A stretch of DNA of 30,586 bases from the NCBI GenBank assembly GCA_031367385.1, contig JANLPS010000109.1, forward strand, positions 1 through 30,586. Reading direction: 5' to 3'. Shown in pieces: positions 1 through 9,601 of the stretch (the first letter of the stretch is position 1; each line of letters begins with the position of its first letter). This DNA comes from Archangium sp. (lineage in GTDB: Bacteria > Myxococcota > Myxococcia > Myxococcales > Myxococcaceae). A program made the position numbers and the translations under genes. The notes below the pieces were generated by a model that did not search any database, was not told the DNA's origin, and saw only the letters and a list, made by a program, of their open reading frames with translations.

Positions 1-198
1 GCCGGTACCGCCGGCCGCGCGCTGGGGCAGTACTTGAAGGTGCAGGCGCTCGATGGTGGGTACCGAGAGGTCGCGCAGCAGGTCGAGCGGTTGTCGGCGA
101 TGACCGAGCCCGAAGATGATCTGCCTCCGCCGCCCGCGAACCCGCAGCCCAACCCGCCCCGGGGCCCCGGGGGCAGCCGCAAAGTCGGCTACGTCTAA
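1..198 (+). CDS. 3' fragment of an upstream protein, probably the SgmX-like TPR protein
   Basis: Frame 1 is open from base 1 to TAA at 196-198: AGRALGQYLKVQALDGGYREVAQQVERL (TPR-like helix), a Pro-rich linker, then RKVGYV*. The SgmX guess rests on recalled myxobacterial gene order (TPR protein, ExeA-like ATPase, TamB, TamA). Confidence 0.6.
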   Translation, partial: AGTAGRALGQYLKVQALDGGYREVAQQVERLSAMTEPEDDLPPPPANPQPNPPRGPGGSRKVGYV

Positions 199-204
199 AC
201 CGCC

Positions 205-1287
205 ATGAACGCTCTCGAATTTTTCGGGCTGACTGCCGAGCCGTTCAGCAACGCGCCGGTGAGCCGGTTCTATTTCAATGCGCCCCAGCACCAGCAGGCG
301 TTGACCCGGTTGCTGCACGCGGTCAGCTCGATGAAGGGCCTCGCGGTGCTGGTCGGTGACATCGGTGCCGGCAAGACCACGCTCGCCCGCCGCATGCTCG
401 ATGCGCTGCCTGAAGAAGAATACGAGGCCGCGCTGCTGGTGATCATTCACTCCGGCATCACCGCCAGCTGGTTGCTGCGCCGCATCGCGCTGCAGCTGGG
501 CGTCGAGAACCCCGCGCAAGAGAAGCTCGCGTTGCTCTCGCAGCTGTACCAGCGACTGTTGCAAATCTACGAGCAGGGCCGCAAGGCGGTCGTGCTGATC
601 GACGAAGCGCAGATGCTCGAGACCCGCGAGCTGATGGAGGAGTTTCGCGGCCTGCTGAACCTCGAGGTGCCCGAGCGAAAGCTGATCAGCTTCGTGCTCT
701 TCGGCCTGCCTGACATCGAGAAGAACCTGAAGCTCGACCCGCCGTTGGCGCAGCGGGTGGCCATGCGCTACCGCTTGGAGCCGTTCAACGCCGAGTCGAC
801 CGAGGCCTACGTCAAGCACCGCATGCGGTTGGCGGGGAGCGCGAAGCTGCCGTTTGCCCCTGATGCCATCATCGCGATTCACCAGCGCAGCGGAGGCGTC
901 GCGCGCGTCATCAACACCTTGTGCGACAACGCGCTGTTCGAGGCCTTCTTGGCCCGCACCCCTGAAATTCGCGGCAGCCTGATGCACGCCATCGCCGACA
1001 ATTTGGGCCTCGAGACCACCCGTTTGCCCTCGGTGAACGTGCCGGTGCCCGCTCCAGCGCCTTCGTCTCCGGCCCCCGCGTTCGTGCAGCAGCGCAGCCA
1101 CCCGCCCGCTGCGGCGGCCCCGCCGGCGGCGCCGAAGATGATCATCTCAGAGCCCATCGGCACCGGAGTCGGGCAGGGAGCCTCACCGGTTGAGCCGGTG
1201 CCGAGCCCCCCCTCGCCGACGAAGGCCAAGAGCGGTGTCGACCTCGCGGAGATCGACCGCTACCTCGAGGGGCTGGGCAAGCTCTGA
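205..1287 (+). CDS. ExeA/GspA-family AAA ATPase with Pro-rich C-terminal tail
   Basis: N-terminal FFGLTAEPFS, Walker A GDIGAGKT, Walker B VLIDEAQ, LAQRV and SGGVARVINTLCDNAL are typical ExeA-family motifs. Confidence 0.9.
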   Translation: MNALEFFGLTAEPFSNAPVSRFYFNAPQHQQALTRLLHAVSSMKGLAVLVGDIGAGKTTLARRMLDALPEEEYEAALLVIIHSGITASWLLRRIALQLGVENPAQEKLALLSQLYQRLLQIYEQGRKAVVLIDEAQMLETRELMEEFRGLLNLEVPERKLISFVLFGLPDIEKNLKLDPPLAQRVAMRYRLEPFNAESTEAYVKHRMRLAGSAKLPFAPDAIIAIHQRSGGVARVINTLCDNALFEAFLARTPEIRGSLMHAIADNLGLETTRLPSVNVPVPAPAPSSPAPAFVQQRSHPPAAAAPPAAPKMIISEPIGTGVGQGASPVEPVPSPPSPTKAKSGVDLAEIDRYLEGLGKL

Positions 1288-1296
1288 CGGGAGTTC

Positions 1297-4200
1297 GTGA
1301 TGCAGCAACGCAGACGTTGGCAAAAAGCGCTGGGCGTCTTCGCGCTTCTGCTGGCGTCGGTGGTGCTGTGGCTGCGCACCGAGCAAGCTGGTGAGTGGGT
1401 GTGCGGGCAGCTGCGCACTCGGCTGCCGGGCATCGTCGACGCCGACGTGAAGTTGGGCCGTTGTGAAATCGACCCGCTCATTCTGAGCGTTCGGGTGCAT
1501 GACGTTTCAATAACGCAGCACGGCCTGACCGAGCCGATGGTGGTGGCCGATGAGGCGCGGGTCGCCTTGCGCGGCTTGTTCTTCGGCGGCGTCTCGCTGC
1601 AAGAAGTCGCCTTGATTCGGCCCCGGGTCGATCTGGTGCTGCCTGCTGCGAGCCCCGATGATCAAGGCAAGAAGACCTGCCCCCTCGACGCGCTGAGCAA
1701 GGTGCGCGTGCAGTCGGTCGAAGTGCAAGACGGGAGCCTGCGGCTGACGCTGCCGACCGGTCAGCGCATTCGGGCCGACGGCGTGCAACTGCAGGCTTCG
1801 CTTCGTCGCGCGGGAGCCGAAGTCGAGCTGAGCGTTCGCAGCGGCGCGGTGGCCCTCGACGCCAAACGGCAGATCACCGTCGGCCGGGTCTCTCTCGACG
1901 GCGCGCTCGAGCTGGCCTCTGCGCAGTTCACGATTCGAAAGAGCGACTTCAACGTCGAGGGCATCAACGCCAGCGTCACCGGCTCGCTGGTCTCGCTGTG
2001 CGACCCACTGCCCCATGTCGCTCTCAACGCGCAGGTGTATCTGCCGATGAACGCGCTGCCCCGGTTCGGCGTGAAGCTCGACAACCTGGGTGGTCAACTG
2101 TGGTCGCGGTTGTCGGTGACCGGGCGGGTCGACGCGCCCTTGGTGCGTGCCGAGCTGCAGGCCTCGCAGATCACCGTTGCCCAGTTCACGCCAGGCGACT
2201 TCTCCGCGCGTCTCGCCTGGTCGGGCACTGACTTGAAGATCGAAGAGCTCACCACCAACGCGGGTGACGGTGACGTCAAGATTTCGGGTGACCTCACGTT
2301 GACCGCTGGCCTGCCCTTGAGAGCGAAAATCGAGACCCACGAGGCGTCGTTCGCCCGCATTCTCGAGCGCGCCGGCGTCAAGGGCTCGTGGGTCGAGTTC
2401 CCCGCGTCGGTGAAGGCCACCGTGTCGGGCAAGTTATCGCCAGTGCCCGCGTTGATCGGTGACGTTGAATTTCACACCGGCACGTTCTCGCTCGCCTCGC
2501 GGGCCTTCGACGCGCCGACCACCACTGGTGCGCGAATACTGAGTTTCCCTCAGTCGAATGGTACTTTTCGGCTCACGGTCAACGACAGCTTCGTCGGGTT
2601 CAACGACGCCTCAGTCAAGGCGGGCAACCAGGGCCACACCCTCGTCAACGGCGACGTGAAGTTGTTCTACGACAAGACCAAGGGGCTCGATATTCGGGTC
2701 TCGGCCCCCAACATCGACTTGTCTGACTTCGGCGAAATCGCCGAGCTGCCATTCTCTGGCGTCGGCTCGGCCCAGGTCACCGTTCTGGGTGCTGGCAAAG
2801 CGGTGGTCATCGACGGCCAGACCACGCTGCGTGACTTCAAGCTGCGCGGGTACTCGCTCGGCATCGTTCAAAGCGCCGTGCACTACGCCAGAGACACCCT
2901 CTCGTTTCCCGGCATCACCGCGCAAAAGGGGCGCACGCAGTACTTCGGCGACGTCGAGCTCGAATTTCGTGAGAGCGGTCTGTACACCCGCGCCTCGGTT
3001 CAGCTGCCCGATGGCCGCGTCGAAGACATCATCGACCTGCTCGCCGACTTGAGCCCGTCGATTCAAAACGTACAGGGCCCGCTGCTCGGCCAACTGTCGA
3101 TGGTCGCTACCATCGACAGCCCCGCCAAGGAGCTCACTGGCATCGTCGCGATCCGGCTGCACGACGTGAGCTACTACGGCCGCCGCCTCGGAGCCGCGGG
3201 TGGCATTCTTCGCTTCGATCACGGCGAGGCCCTCGTGCTCGAGCCATTGAAGTTCGACGGGCCCCTCGGTCAACTTGCCCTCGACGGCACGTGGAAGTTC
3301 GCCGGCCCGCTCGATTACCGAATGTCGCTCGATGAGGGGTCGCTCCAAGAGCTGCTCGACCCGACGCGGCAGCTGCCGGTCACCGGCCTCGTCACCTCCC
3401 GCGCCGCGGTGACGGGAGACACTGAGACGGTGCGGGTCGCCGCCAATGTCGCCACTGACGACGTGCGGTTTCGAGAGCGCGCGCTGGGGCCCTCGAACCT
3501 CGACGTGAAGCTGGTCGGCACTGACCTTCAGGTGACCGGCACCGTCTTCACCGGCCTCACCACCGTCACTGCGATTACGATTCGCGACGACTGGCCCACC
3601 ACCGCCAAGTTCAAGGTCGACCTCGACGATGCGACCGCGTTTCTGCCACCCAGCGCTGGCCTCTCGCTGGTGCTCGCGGGTGAGGTCGATGTGAACGGCC
3701 CCTTGAAAAAAATCGAGCAGGCCCATGGGCTCGCCAAGCTCGATCGCGTCGTGCTCTCACGGGGTGAAGTCTCGGCCACCAATGTCGACCCGATCGAGCT
3801 TGGGTACAACGCGGGGGCCATCGAGGTGCGGTCTTTCGCGATGAAGGGCCCGACGACGGAGTTTCACGCCGAAGGCAGCTGGGGGCCGACCAGCGTCGAT
3901 CTCCGCACCACTGGCAGCATCGACTTGCGGTTGCTCAGCAGCTTCGTGAGCAGCATCGAGCGCACCCAGGGCCGGCTCGACTTCACCGCGGGGTTCGCAG
4001 GGTCGGTGAAGAGCCCAACGCTGATCGGCTCGGCTGACGTCTCTGATGTTCGCCTCGGCGTCAGAGATCAAGATCTCGCCTTACGCTCACTCTCAGGTCA
4101 CGCCGATTTTTCGGAGTCGCGCGTTCTGCTGCAAGATATTCAAGGCTTCGTGAACGACGGCAAGCTGCGGGCGCGAGGCGACATTCGACTCGAGAAGCTG

Positions 4201-5184
4201 GCGATCAAGTCGCTCGAGGTGCAGGCCGACTTCGAGGAGGTCACCGTACAGGTGCAGCCCGACGTGCCGGCCACCTTCTCGGGCGCTTTGCTCCTGGCCA
4301 CCAAGGGCAACGGCATGTACCAGCTGGGCGGGGCGCTCGATGTCGTCAAGTTTCGCTACTCCCAACCGCTCTCGCTCGACACCTTGCTCGCCAGCGCACG
4401 CAACCGCTCGGTGCCTCAAGACGAAGCCCCGCAAGAGTGGGTTCGCTTCGACGTCGACGTCGCCACTGGCAAAGACGTGCGCATCGAGAACAACCTGGCG
4501 CGCGCTCGGCTGCTCGGCAAAGTGAAGCTCACCGGCACCAACGTGCGACCCGTGCTGATCGGCGCCGTCGAAGTAGGCGAGGGCGCCCAGGCGTATTTTC
4601 GCGGCAACACCTTCTCGATTGGCCGAGGCGTGCTGCAGTTCAACGGCCTGTGGCCCACCTTCGACCTCTCAGCCCAGTCGCAGGTGCGCGGCTACCTGGT
4701 GAACGTGAAGGCCTTCGGTCGCTTCGAAGACCCGAAGATCTCGCTGACCTCCGAGCCCGCACTTTCCGAGGCCGATGTGATCTCATTGCTCACACTCGGC
4801 GTGACCACCCGCGAGCGCTTCGACGGCACCTCTGGCGCTGGCCTCGCTGCTGAAGCCCTGCTCAGCGCCTCGGGCCTCGATCAACAAGTTCAGAAGTTTC
4901 TCTCTCGCAACGTTGGGCTCAAAGATCAGCAGGTGCGCTTCACCACCAGCTTCAACGAGGCGACCGGCACCGCCGAGCCCTCGGTGACCTGGGAGTCGAA
5001 AGTGGCCAGCGACAACTTCAAGATCGGCGTGACCCAACCCGTCACTGGCCGCGGCACGCAAGCGAAAGCCGAGTACCGGTTCAACCAGACCGTCTCCGCC
5101 CGTGCCCAATGGGACAACCAGACCCAGAATACGACCGTCGGAAACCCCGGCGTTAATTTACGCTTTCGCTTCGAATGGGAGTGA
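1297..5184 (+). CDS. tamB: TamB/AsmA-like translocation and assembly protein (DUF490-type C-terminus)
   Basis: 1295 aa with an N-terminal TM anchor and a long beta-rich body. C-terminal region has LTSEPALSEADVISLLTLG and ends in LRFRFEWE. It sits directly upstream of an Omp85 gene. Confidence 0.85.
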   Translation: MMQQRRRWQKALGVFALLLASVVLWLRTEQAGEWVCGQLRTRLPGIVDADVKLGRCEIDPLILSVRVHDVSITQHGLTEPMVVADEARVALRGLFFGGVSLQEVALIRPRVDLVLPAASPDDQGKKTCPLDALSKVRVQSVEVQDGSLRLTLPTGQRIRADGVQLQASLRRAGAEVELSVRSGAVALDAKRQITVGRVSLDGALELASAQFTIRKSDFNVEGINASVTGSLVSLCDPLPHVALNAQVYLPMNALPRFGVKLDNLGGQLWSRLSVTGRVDAPLVRAELQASQITVAQFTPGDFSARLAWSGTDLKIEELTTNAGDGDVKISGDLTLTAGLPLRAKIETHEASFARILERAGVKGSWVEFPASVKATVSGKLSPVPALIGDVEFHTGTFSLASRAFDAPTTTGARILSFPQSNGTFRLTVNDSFVGFNDASVKAGNQGHTLVNGDVKLFYDKTKGLDIRVSAPNIDLSDFGEIAELPFSGVGSAQVTVLGAGKAVVIDGQTTLRDFKLRGYSLGIVQSAVHYARDTLSFPGITAQKGRTQYFGDVELEFRESGLYTRASVQLPDGRVEDIIDLLADLSPSIQNVQGPLLGQLSMVATIDSPAKELTGIVAIRLHDVSYYGRRLGAAGGILRFDHGEALVLEPLKFDGPLGQLALDGTWKFAGPLDYRMSLDEGSLQELLDPTRQLPVTGLVTSRAAVTGDTETVRVAANVATDDVRFRERALGPSNLDVKLVGTDLQVTGTVFTGLTTVTAITIRDDWPTTAKFKVDLDDATAFLPPSAGLSLVLAGEVDVNGPLKKIEQAHGLAKLDRVVLSRGEVSATNVDPIELGYNAGAIEVRSFAMKGPTTEFHAEGSWGPTSVDLRTTGSIDLRLLSSFVSSIERTQGRLDFTAGFAGSVKSPTLIGSADVSDVRLGVRDQDLALRSLSGHADFSESRVLLQDIQGFVNDGKLRARGDIRLEKLAIKSLEVQADFEEVTVQVQPDVPATFSGALLLATKGNGMYQLGGALDVVKFRYSQPLSLDTLLASARNRSVPQDEAPQEWVRFDVDVATGKDVRIENNLARARLLGKVKLTGTNVRPVLIGAVEVGEGAQAYFRGNTFSIGRGVLQFNGLWPTFDLSAQSQVRGYLVNVKAFGRFEDPKISLTSEPALSEADVISLLTLGVTTRERFDGTSGAGLAAEALLSASGLDQQVQKFLSRNVGLKDQQVRFTTSFNEATGTAEPSVTWESKVASDNFKIGVTQPVTGRGTQAKAEYRFNQTVSARAQWDNQTQNTTVGNPGVNLRFRFEWE

Positions 5185-8100
5185 TGCTGCTGCTGGCGAC
5201 CGTGTTGGCCCAAGGCCTCAGCCCTGGCGCTGGCCCGATCACGACCAGCGCTGACAGCAAACCCGAGATCACCTCGCTCGAGCTTCACCTGCCCGCGCAC
5301 GCTGACCCCAAGTTGCTCGACAAGATCAGCGGGCTGATCACCGTACGAAAAGGCCAGAAGCTCTCGCCGCGCGCGGTACAACGGTCGATCGAGAACATCT
5401 ACGCGACCGGCCGATTCTCAGACGTGGTGGTGCGGTCGACCTCGCTCGCCATCGACACCGTCGAGCTGATCTTCGAGCTCACCCCAAAGCAGGTCGTCAG
5501 CGACGTCTACGTCGAGGGCAACTCGGCGCTGACCAAGTCAGAGCTGCTCTCGTTGATTCGCGTCAGCGCAGGCTCCGAGTTCTGGCCCGAGCGTGCCGCG
5601 CAGACCGCCGAAGCCGTTCATGAGGTGTACCGGCGACGAGGGTACCTCGAGGCCTCGGTGGTGCCTCAGGTGGCCGAGACCGATGAGGGCGTCTCGCTCG
5701 GTTTGTCGATCATCGAAGGCCAGCCCACCCGAATCAGTGCGGTCGCCTTTTCTGGCGAGCCAGGGCTCTCAGCCGAGCTCGCGAGAGAGGTCATTCAACT
5801 CTCGCCCGGTGATGTGCTCGATCTCGACCGCCTTCAGCAGAGCGTCGATGCGCTGCGCATTCGACTGCGAGCTGACAAATACTTTCGAGCCCGCGTCGAG
5901 GCTCCCGTCGTCACGGGCGCACGAGTCGTCATCCCCGTGGTGGCGGGGCCGCGATATGAGCTCGTCTTCTCGGGCAACCGGCGGCTCTCAGACACCGCGC
6001 TCAAAGCCGTCTTGGCCTACGACGGCGAAGAGTCACTCGATACGTTGGTCGAGCAACGCCTCGCCCGAAAGCTTCAGCTCTTCTACCGCTACCGAGGCTT
6101 TCACGATGTTCGCGTCACCGCGCGGGAGGCTCGCCAGCCCAACGACCGCACCGCCGCTCTCGGTTTCGAGATCGTCGAAGGCGACCCGATTCGCGTCGTG
6201 GCGCTCAAGTTCTTCGGCAACACCGTCATCGCCGACCGCGAGCTGCGCGACGTGCTGTTGCGGGTGATGGAGGCCTCTGCCCCCCCAACGCCCACCGAAG
6301 CCCACGCGATGGGAGACCCGCTGAGCATCGAGGGCCGCATGGCGTCAATCTTCGCGCGCGAGCTGCCCACGCCGCCGCTCGACACCGTGCTCGACGAAAA
6401 TGCGTTCGCCGAGGCCGCGAAAGCGATGACCGCGCTCTACCGTGAGAAGGGCTACTTCGGCGCCGCCGTTCGCCTCGACCACGTCGACATCGAAGCCGCC
6501 CAGGCCAGCGCGTCGTTCGTCATCGAAGAGAGCGTGCAGGCCTTGTTTCGCAAGGTCGAGGCAACAGGGCTCCCGGTTGCGTTCAAGTCTGACACCGTGG
6601 CCATCGCGCGCGACACCGTGCCCTTCAGCAGCGCCGCCCTCGAGCGCATTCGGTCAGAGCTCATTCATGAGCTTGGCCGCCGAGGGTATTTGTTCGCCAC
6701 CGTTCAGGCCAGCTACGCGCTTGCCGACAAGGGCAAGCACGCCGACTGCAAGCTCCAGGTCAGCGCGGGCCCTCAGGTGCGGGTGCGAAAAATTCTGCCG
6801 GTGGGCAACAAGCGAACGCTCGACGACCTGATTCTCGCGCAGGCGATGATGACCGAAGGTCTGCCGCTCGACATCGATTCGCTCTACTCGACCCAGAGCA
6901 ACTTGCTGGCGCTGGGTATTTTCAAGTTGGTCGAGGTCGAGGTCTTGGCGCCCGAGACCCCAGAGCCCTTGAAGACCGTGCTGCTGAAGGTGCACGAGCA
7001 ACCGCGCGTCGCCGAGTTCGGCCCCGGGTATTTTTCGGCCGACGGCGTCAGTGGTTTTCTCGACCTCGGTTTTCCCAACGTGGGGGGCCGCGCGGTCAAC
7101 CTCTCGCTGCATGTGCAGCTCAACTACTTCTTGACCAGTTTGCCGGTGCTCAGCCGCCAGGTCGACGCGAGCAAGCTCGTGGGGTTGGAGCCGCTCGGCG
7201 GCAGAGGCAACTTCTCCGCGCAGAATCGCGGCATCTTGCCGTTTCAAATTGGCATGCGCTTCGACCTCGTGGGTGAGCGGGTCTTTCGACCGTTGTTCAA
7301 CTTCACCCGTTTCGCCGCCGTACCCAGTTTAGATTGGTCGCGCGCCTTTGAAATACCTCGTGTTGATTGGGTGCACCCGAAGATCACCTTGCTGCTCCAG
7401 AATGAGATCGAGTGGTCGAGTGTGCTGCCAACCAGCAGCGCGAGCGCGAATGACACGGTCAACTCAGCGATCAACTATGTCGATCAGGCGCGCCTGAGAT
7501 TCTTGTTCGGCCGCTTTGGCCTCGAGACCATTCGCTTCGCCCCAACGCTCGACCTCCGCGACAGCGCGCTCAACCCCCATGTCGGCCTGGTGCTTCAAGG
7601 CGCGGTCGAAGTGACCACCGCCATCGCGACCGAAGACCTCGACCACCAGAAAGTACCTGTCTCGTTCTTGAAGGCCGCCGGCCTCGCCACGGTCTACGTG
7701 CCCATCTCGAAGACCGTGCTGGCCGTCTCCGCGCGAGGAGGTCGCATCATTTCGCTGATCGACAAATCGACCACGCCCCCGGTCAAGCGGTTCTTCTTGG
7801 GCGGCTCGACCAGCATGCGCGGCTTCAACGAAGATCAGCTCGTCGCTGAAGACCAACGCCAGCGCTACCACCGAGAAGTCGAGGCCTGTCAGGTGCTCGC
7901 CGCCAAAGATGGCTGCAGCTCGGCCGCCAACACCATCGCCACGGGCCGGCAGGTGCCATCGCAAGGTGGCGAATTGTTTGCGGTTTTCAAGGCAGAGCTC
8001 CGGTTTCCCGCGTTCAGCGGGTTTGACCTGGGCGTGTTCGTCGAAGCCGGCAACCTCTACCTCGACCTCCCCACCGGGCCCTTTGCCTTTCGCTATGTCG

Positions 8101-8228
8101 TCGGCGCCGGCCTTCGTTACGTGACGCCGATCGGCCCGCTCGCGCTCGACATCGGTGTCAACCCCGGCTTCGACTACTTCATCAACGAGCCGCCCGTCGT
8201 CGTGCACTTCAACATCGGCGTGTTCTAG
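5175..8228 (+). CDS. Omp85 (BamA/TamA) outer-membrane protein with several POTRA domains
   Basis: Signal-like N-terminus, POTRA repeats (SIENIYATGRFSDV, YRRRGYLEA, LGRRGYLFA), barrel motifs FFLGGSTSMRGF and GAGLRYVTPIGPLALD, terminal Phe. The start could be ATG 5184, overlapping the tamB stop. Confidence 0.9.
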   Translation: MGVMLLLATVLAQGLSPGAGPITTSADSKPEITSLELHLPAHADPKLLDKISGLITVRKGQKLSPRAVQRSIENIYATGRFSDVVVRSTSLAIDTVELIFELTPKQVVSDVYVEGNSALTKSELLSLIRVSAGSEFWPERAAQTAEAVHEVYRRRGYLEASVVPQVAETDEGVSLGLSIIEGQPTRISAVAFSGEPGLSAELAREVIQLSPGDVLDLDRLQQSVDALRIRLRADKYFRARVEAPVVTGARVVIPVVAGPRYELVFSGNRRLSDTALKAVLAYDGEESLDTLVEQRLARKLQLFYRYRGFHDVRVTAREARQPNDRTAALGFEIVEGDPIRVVALKFFGNTVIADRELRDVLLRVMEASAPPTPTEAHAMGDPLSIEGRMASIFARELPTPPLDTVLDENAFAEAAKAMTALYREKGYFGAAVRLDHVDIEAAQASASFVIEESVQALFRKVEATGLPVAFKSDTVAIARDTVPFSSAALERIRSELIHELGRRGYLFATVQASYALADKGKHADCKLQVSAGPQVRVRKILPVGNKRTLDDLILAQAMMTEGLPLDIDSLYSTQSNLLALGIFKLVEVEVLAPETPEPLKTVLLKVHEQPRVAEFGPGYFSADGVSGFLDLGFPNVGGRAVNLSLHVQLNYFLTSLPVLSRQVDASKLVGLEPLGGRGNFSAQNRGILPFQIGMRFDLVGERVFRPLFNFTRFAAVPSLDWSRAFEIPRVDWVHPKITLLLQNEIEWSSVLPTSSASANDTVNSAINYVDQARLRFLFGRFGLETIRFAPTLDLRDSALNPHVGLVLQGAVEVTTAIATEDLDHQKVPVSFLKAAGLATVYVPISKTVLAVSARGGRIISLIDKSTTPPVKRFFLGGSTSMRGFNEDQLVAEDQRQRYHREVEACQVLAAKDGCSSAANTIATGRQVPSQGGELFAVFKAELRFPAFSGFDLGVFVEAGNLYLDLPTGPFAFRYVVGAGLRYVTPIGPLALDIGVNPGFDYFINEPPVVVHFNIGVF

Positions 8229-8257
8229 CGCACGGCGCGAAGGTAGCCTGCGCGCCC

Positions 8258-9598
8258 GTGTTCTATCGCTTCGTTCGAGCCATCGTGTCGGCCGCCCTTC
8301 GGCTCTTCTACCGGCTCGAGGTCGTCAAGCACGTCGACGACTTGTCAGGCCCGGTCATGTTCGTCGGTAACCACCCCAACAGCCTCATCGACCCCGCGTT
8401 GGTGTTCGTCATCACCGACCGCGAGGTCACCTTCTTGGCCCGCGAGCCGCTGTTTCGAGTACCGGTGATGGGGCTCATCTTGCGCGGCGTCGGAGCGCTC
8501 CCGGTGTTTCGCAAGCAAGACAACCCAGGGCTGATGGCGAAGAACGACGGCACGCTCGAGGCCGCCGCGAAGGCGTTGATTGAACAGAAGGCGATCACCA
8601 TTTTCCCCGAGGGCAAGTCGCATTCCGCGCCTCAGCTCAGCGACATCAAGACCGGCTGTGCTCGCATCGCGCTCCGGGTCGCCAGGGCAGGGTCGGCGTT
8701 GCGAATCATCCCCGTCGGGTTGACCTATGAGCAGAAGCATCGCTTCAAGAGCACCGTGAAGATCGAGGTCGGTCAGCCGCTGCTGGTCGAGGCCGTACCG
8801 GCGGGTGCCCTCGAGGGTGAAGCCGAGGTTGACTGGGTCAAGAAGCTCACCGCGCGGGTCGGCGAAGCGATGCGCGGCGTCACGCTCAACTTAGAAGACT
8901 GGGAGGACCTCTCTCTGGTCAAGACCGCTGACGAGCTCTTCGCGTTGCGAAATGGGTTTCGCGAGAAAGACCCAGAGCGGCTTCGCTTGCTCGCCAAGGG
9001 CGCGTCACTGCTTCGGCGTGAGCAACCCGAGCGCTTCGATGAGATCAAAGAAGATCTGATGTCGTTTCGCACCCGACTCGAGATGGTCAACGCGCACGCC
9101 GGTGATCTCACCCTCGAATACCGGGGCCGCCAGGTGGGCTTCTTCGTCATTCGAAACCTCGCTGCGATGACCCTGGGCTTCCCGCTCTTTGCGCTCGGCC
9201 TGATTCTGTTCGCGCCACCGTTTCTGCTGCTGCGAATGATCAGCCGGCTGCTGCCGCTCTCGAAAGACCGCGTCGCGACGTTGAAGTTCGTCTCGGCGCT
9301 GATCATGGTGCCGGTGATGTGGGTGTCGCTCACGGTGGCCGGTTGGTATTTCTGGTCGACGCCCGGGCTCTTCATCGCGTTGTTGGGCTCGCTGCCACTG
9401 GCGGTGTTCACTCGATATTTTCTCGAGCGCCGCAAGGCCGCGTTCAACGACATCGCCGCGTTCTTCAAGCTGGGCAACCGGTCACGTCTGCGGCAACACC
9501 TGCTGTTCGAAGGTGAACGTCTGCAAGAAGACATTCAAAACCTGGTTGCTGAGTTCAAGCCGCGCGTCGACGCTGAGTCAGCACCGCTCGAGAAGTAA
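8258..9598 (+). CDS. PlsC-like lysophospholipid/glycerol-3-phosphate acyltransferase with C-terminal TM helices
   Basis: NHPNSLID (HX4D) and IFPEG acyltransferase motifs, with hydrophobic helices in the C-terminal third. Confidence 0.85.
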   Translation: MFYRFVRAIVSAALRLFYRLEVVKHVDDLSGPVMFVGNHPNSLIDPALVFVITDREVTFLAREPLFRVPVMGLILRGVGALPVFRKQDNPGLMAKNDGTLEAAAKALIEQKAITIFPEGKSHSAPQLSDIKTGCARIALRVARAGSALRIIPVGLTYEQKHRFKSTVKIEVGQPLLVEAVPAGALEGEAEVDWVKKLTARVGEAMRGVTLNLEDWEDLSLVKTADELFALRNGFREKDPERLRLLAKGASLLRREQPERFDEIKEDLMSFRTRLEMVNAHAGDLTLEYRGRQVGFFVIRNLAAMTLGFPLFALGLILFAPPFLLLRMISRLLPLSKDRVATLKFVSALIMVPVMWVSLTVAGWYFWSTPGLFIALLGSLPLAVFTRYFLERRKAAFNDIAAFFKLGNRSRLRQHLLFEGERLQEDIQNLVAEFKPRVDAESAPLEK

Positions 9599-9601
9599 CC
9601 T

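Noticed and set aside
1507..8207. Long antisense/alternate-frame ORFs over tamB and the Omp85 gene (similar ones over murI/carF, tkt and others)
   Set aside because: These are shadow ORFs expected from GC-rich codon bias. They have no recognisable motifs and fully overlap well-supported genes.
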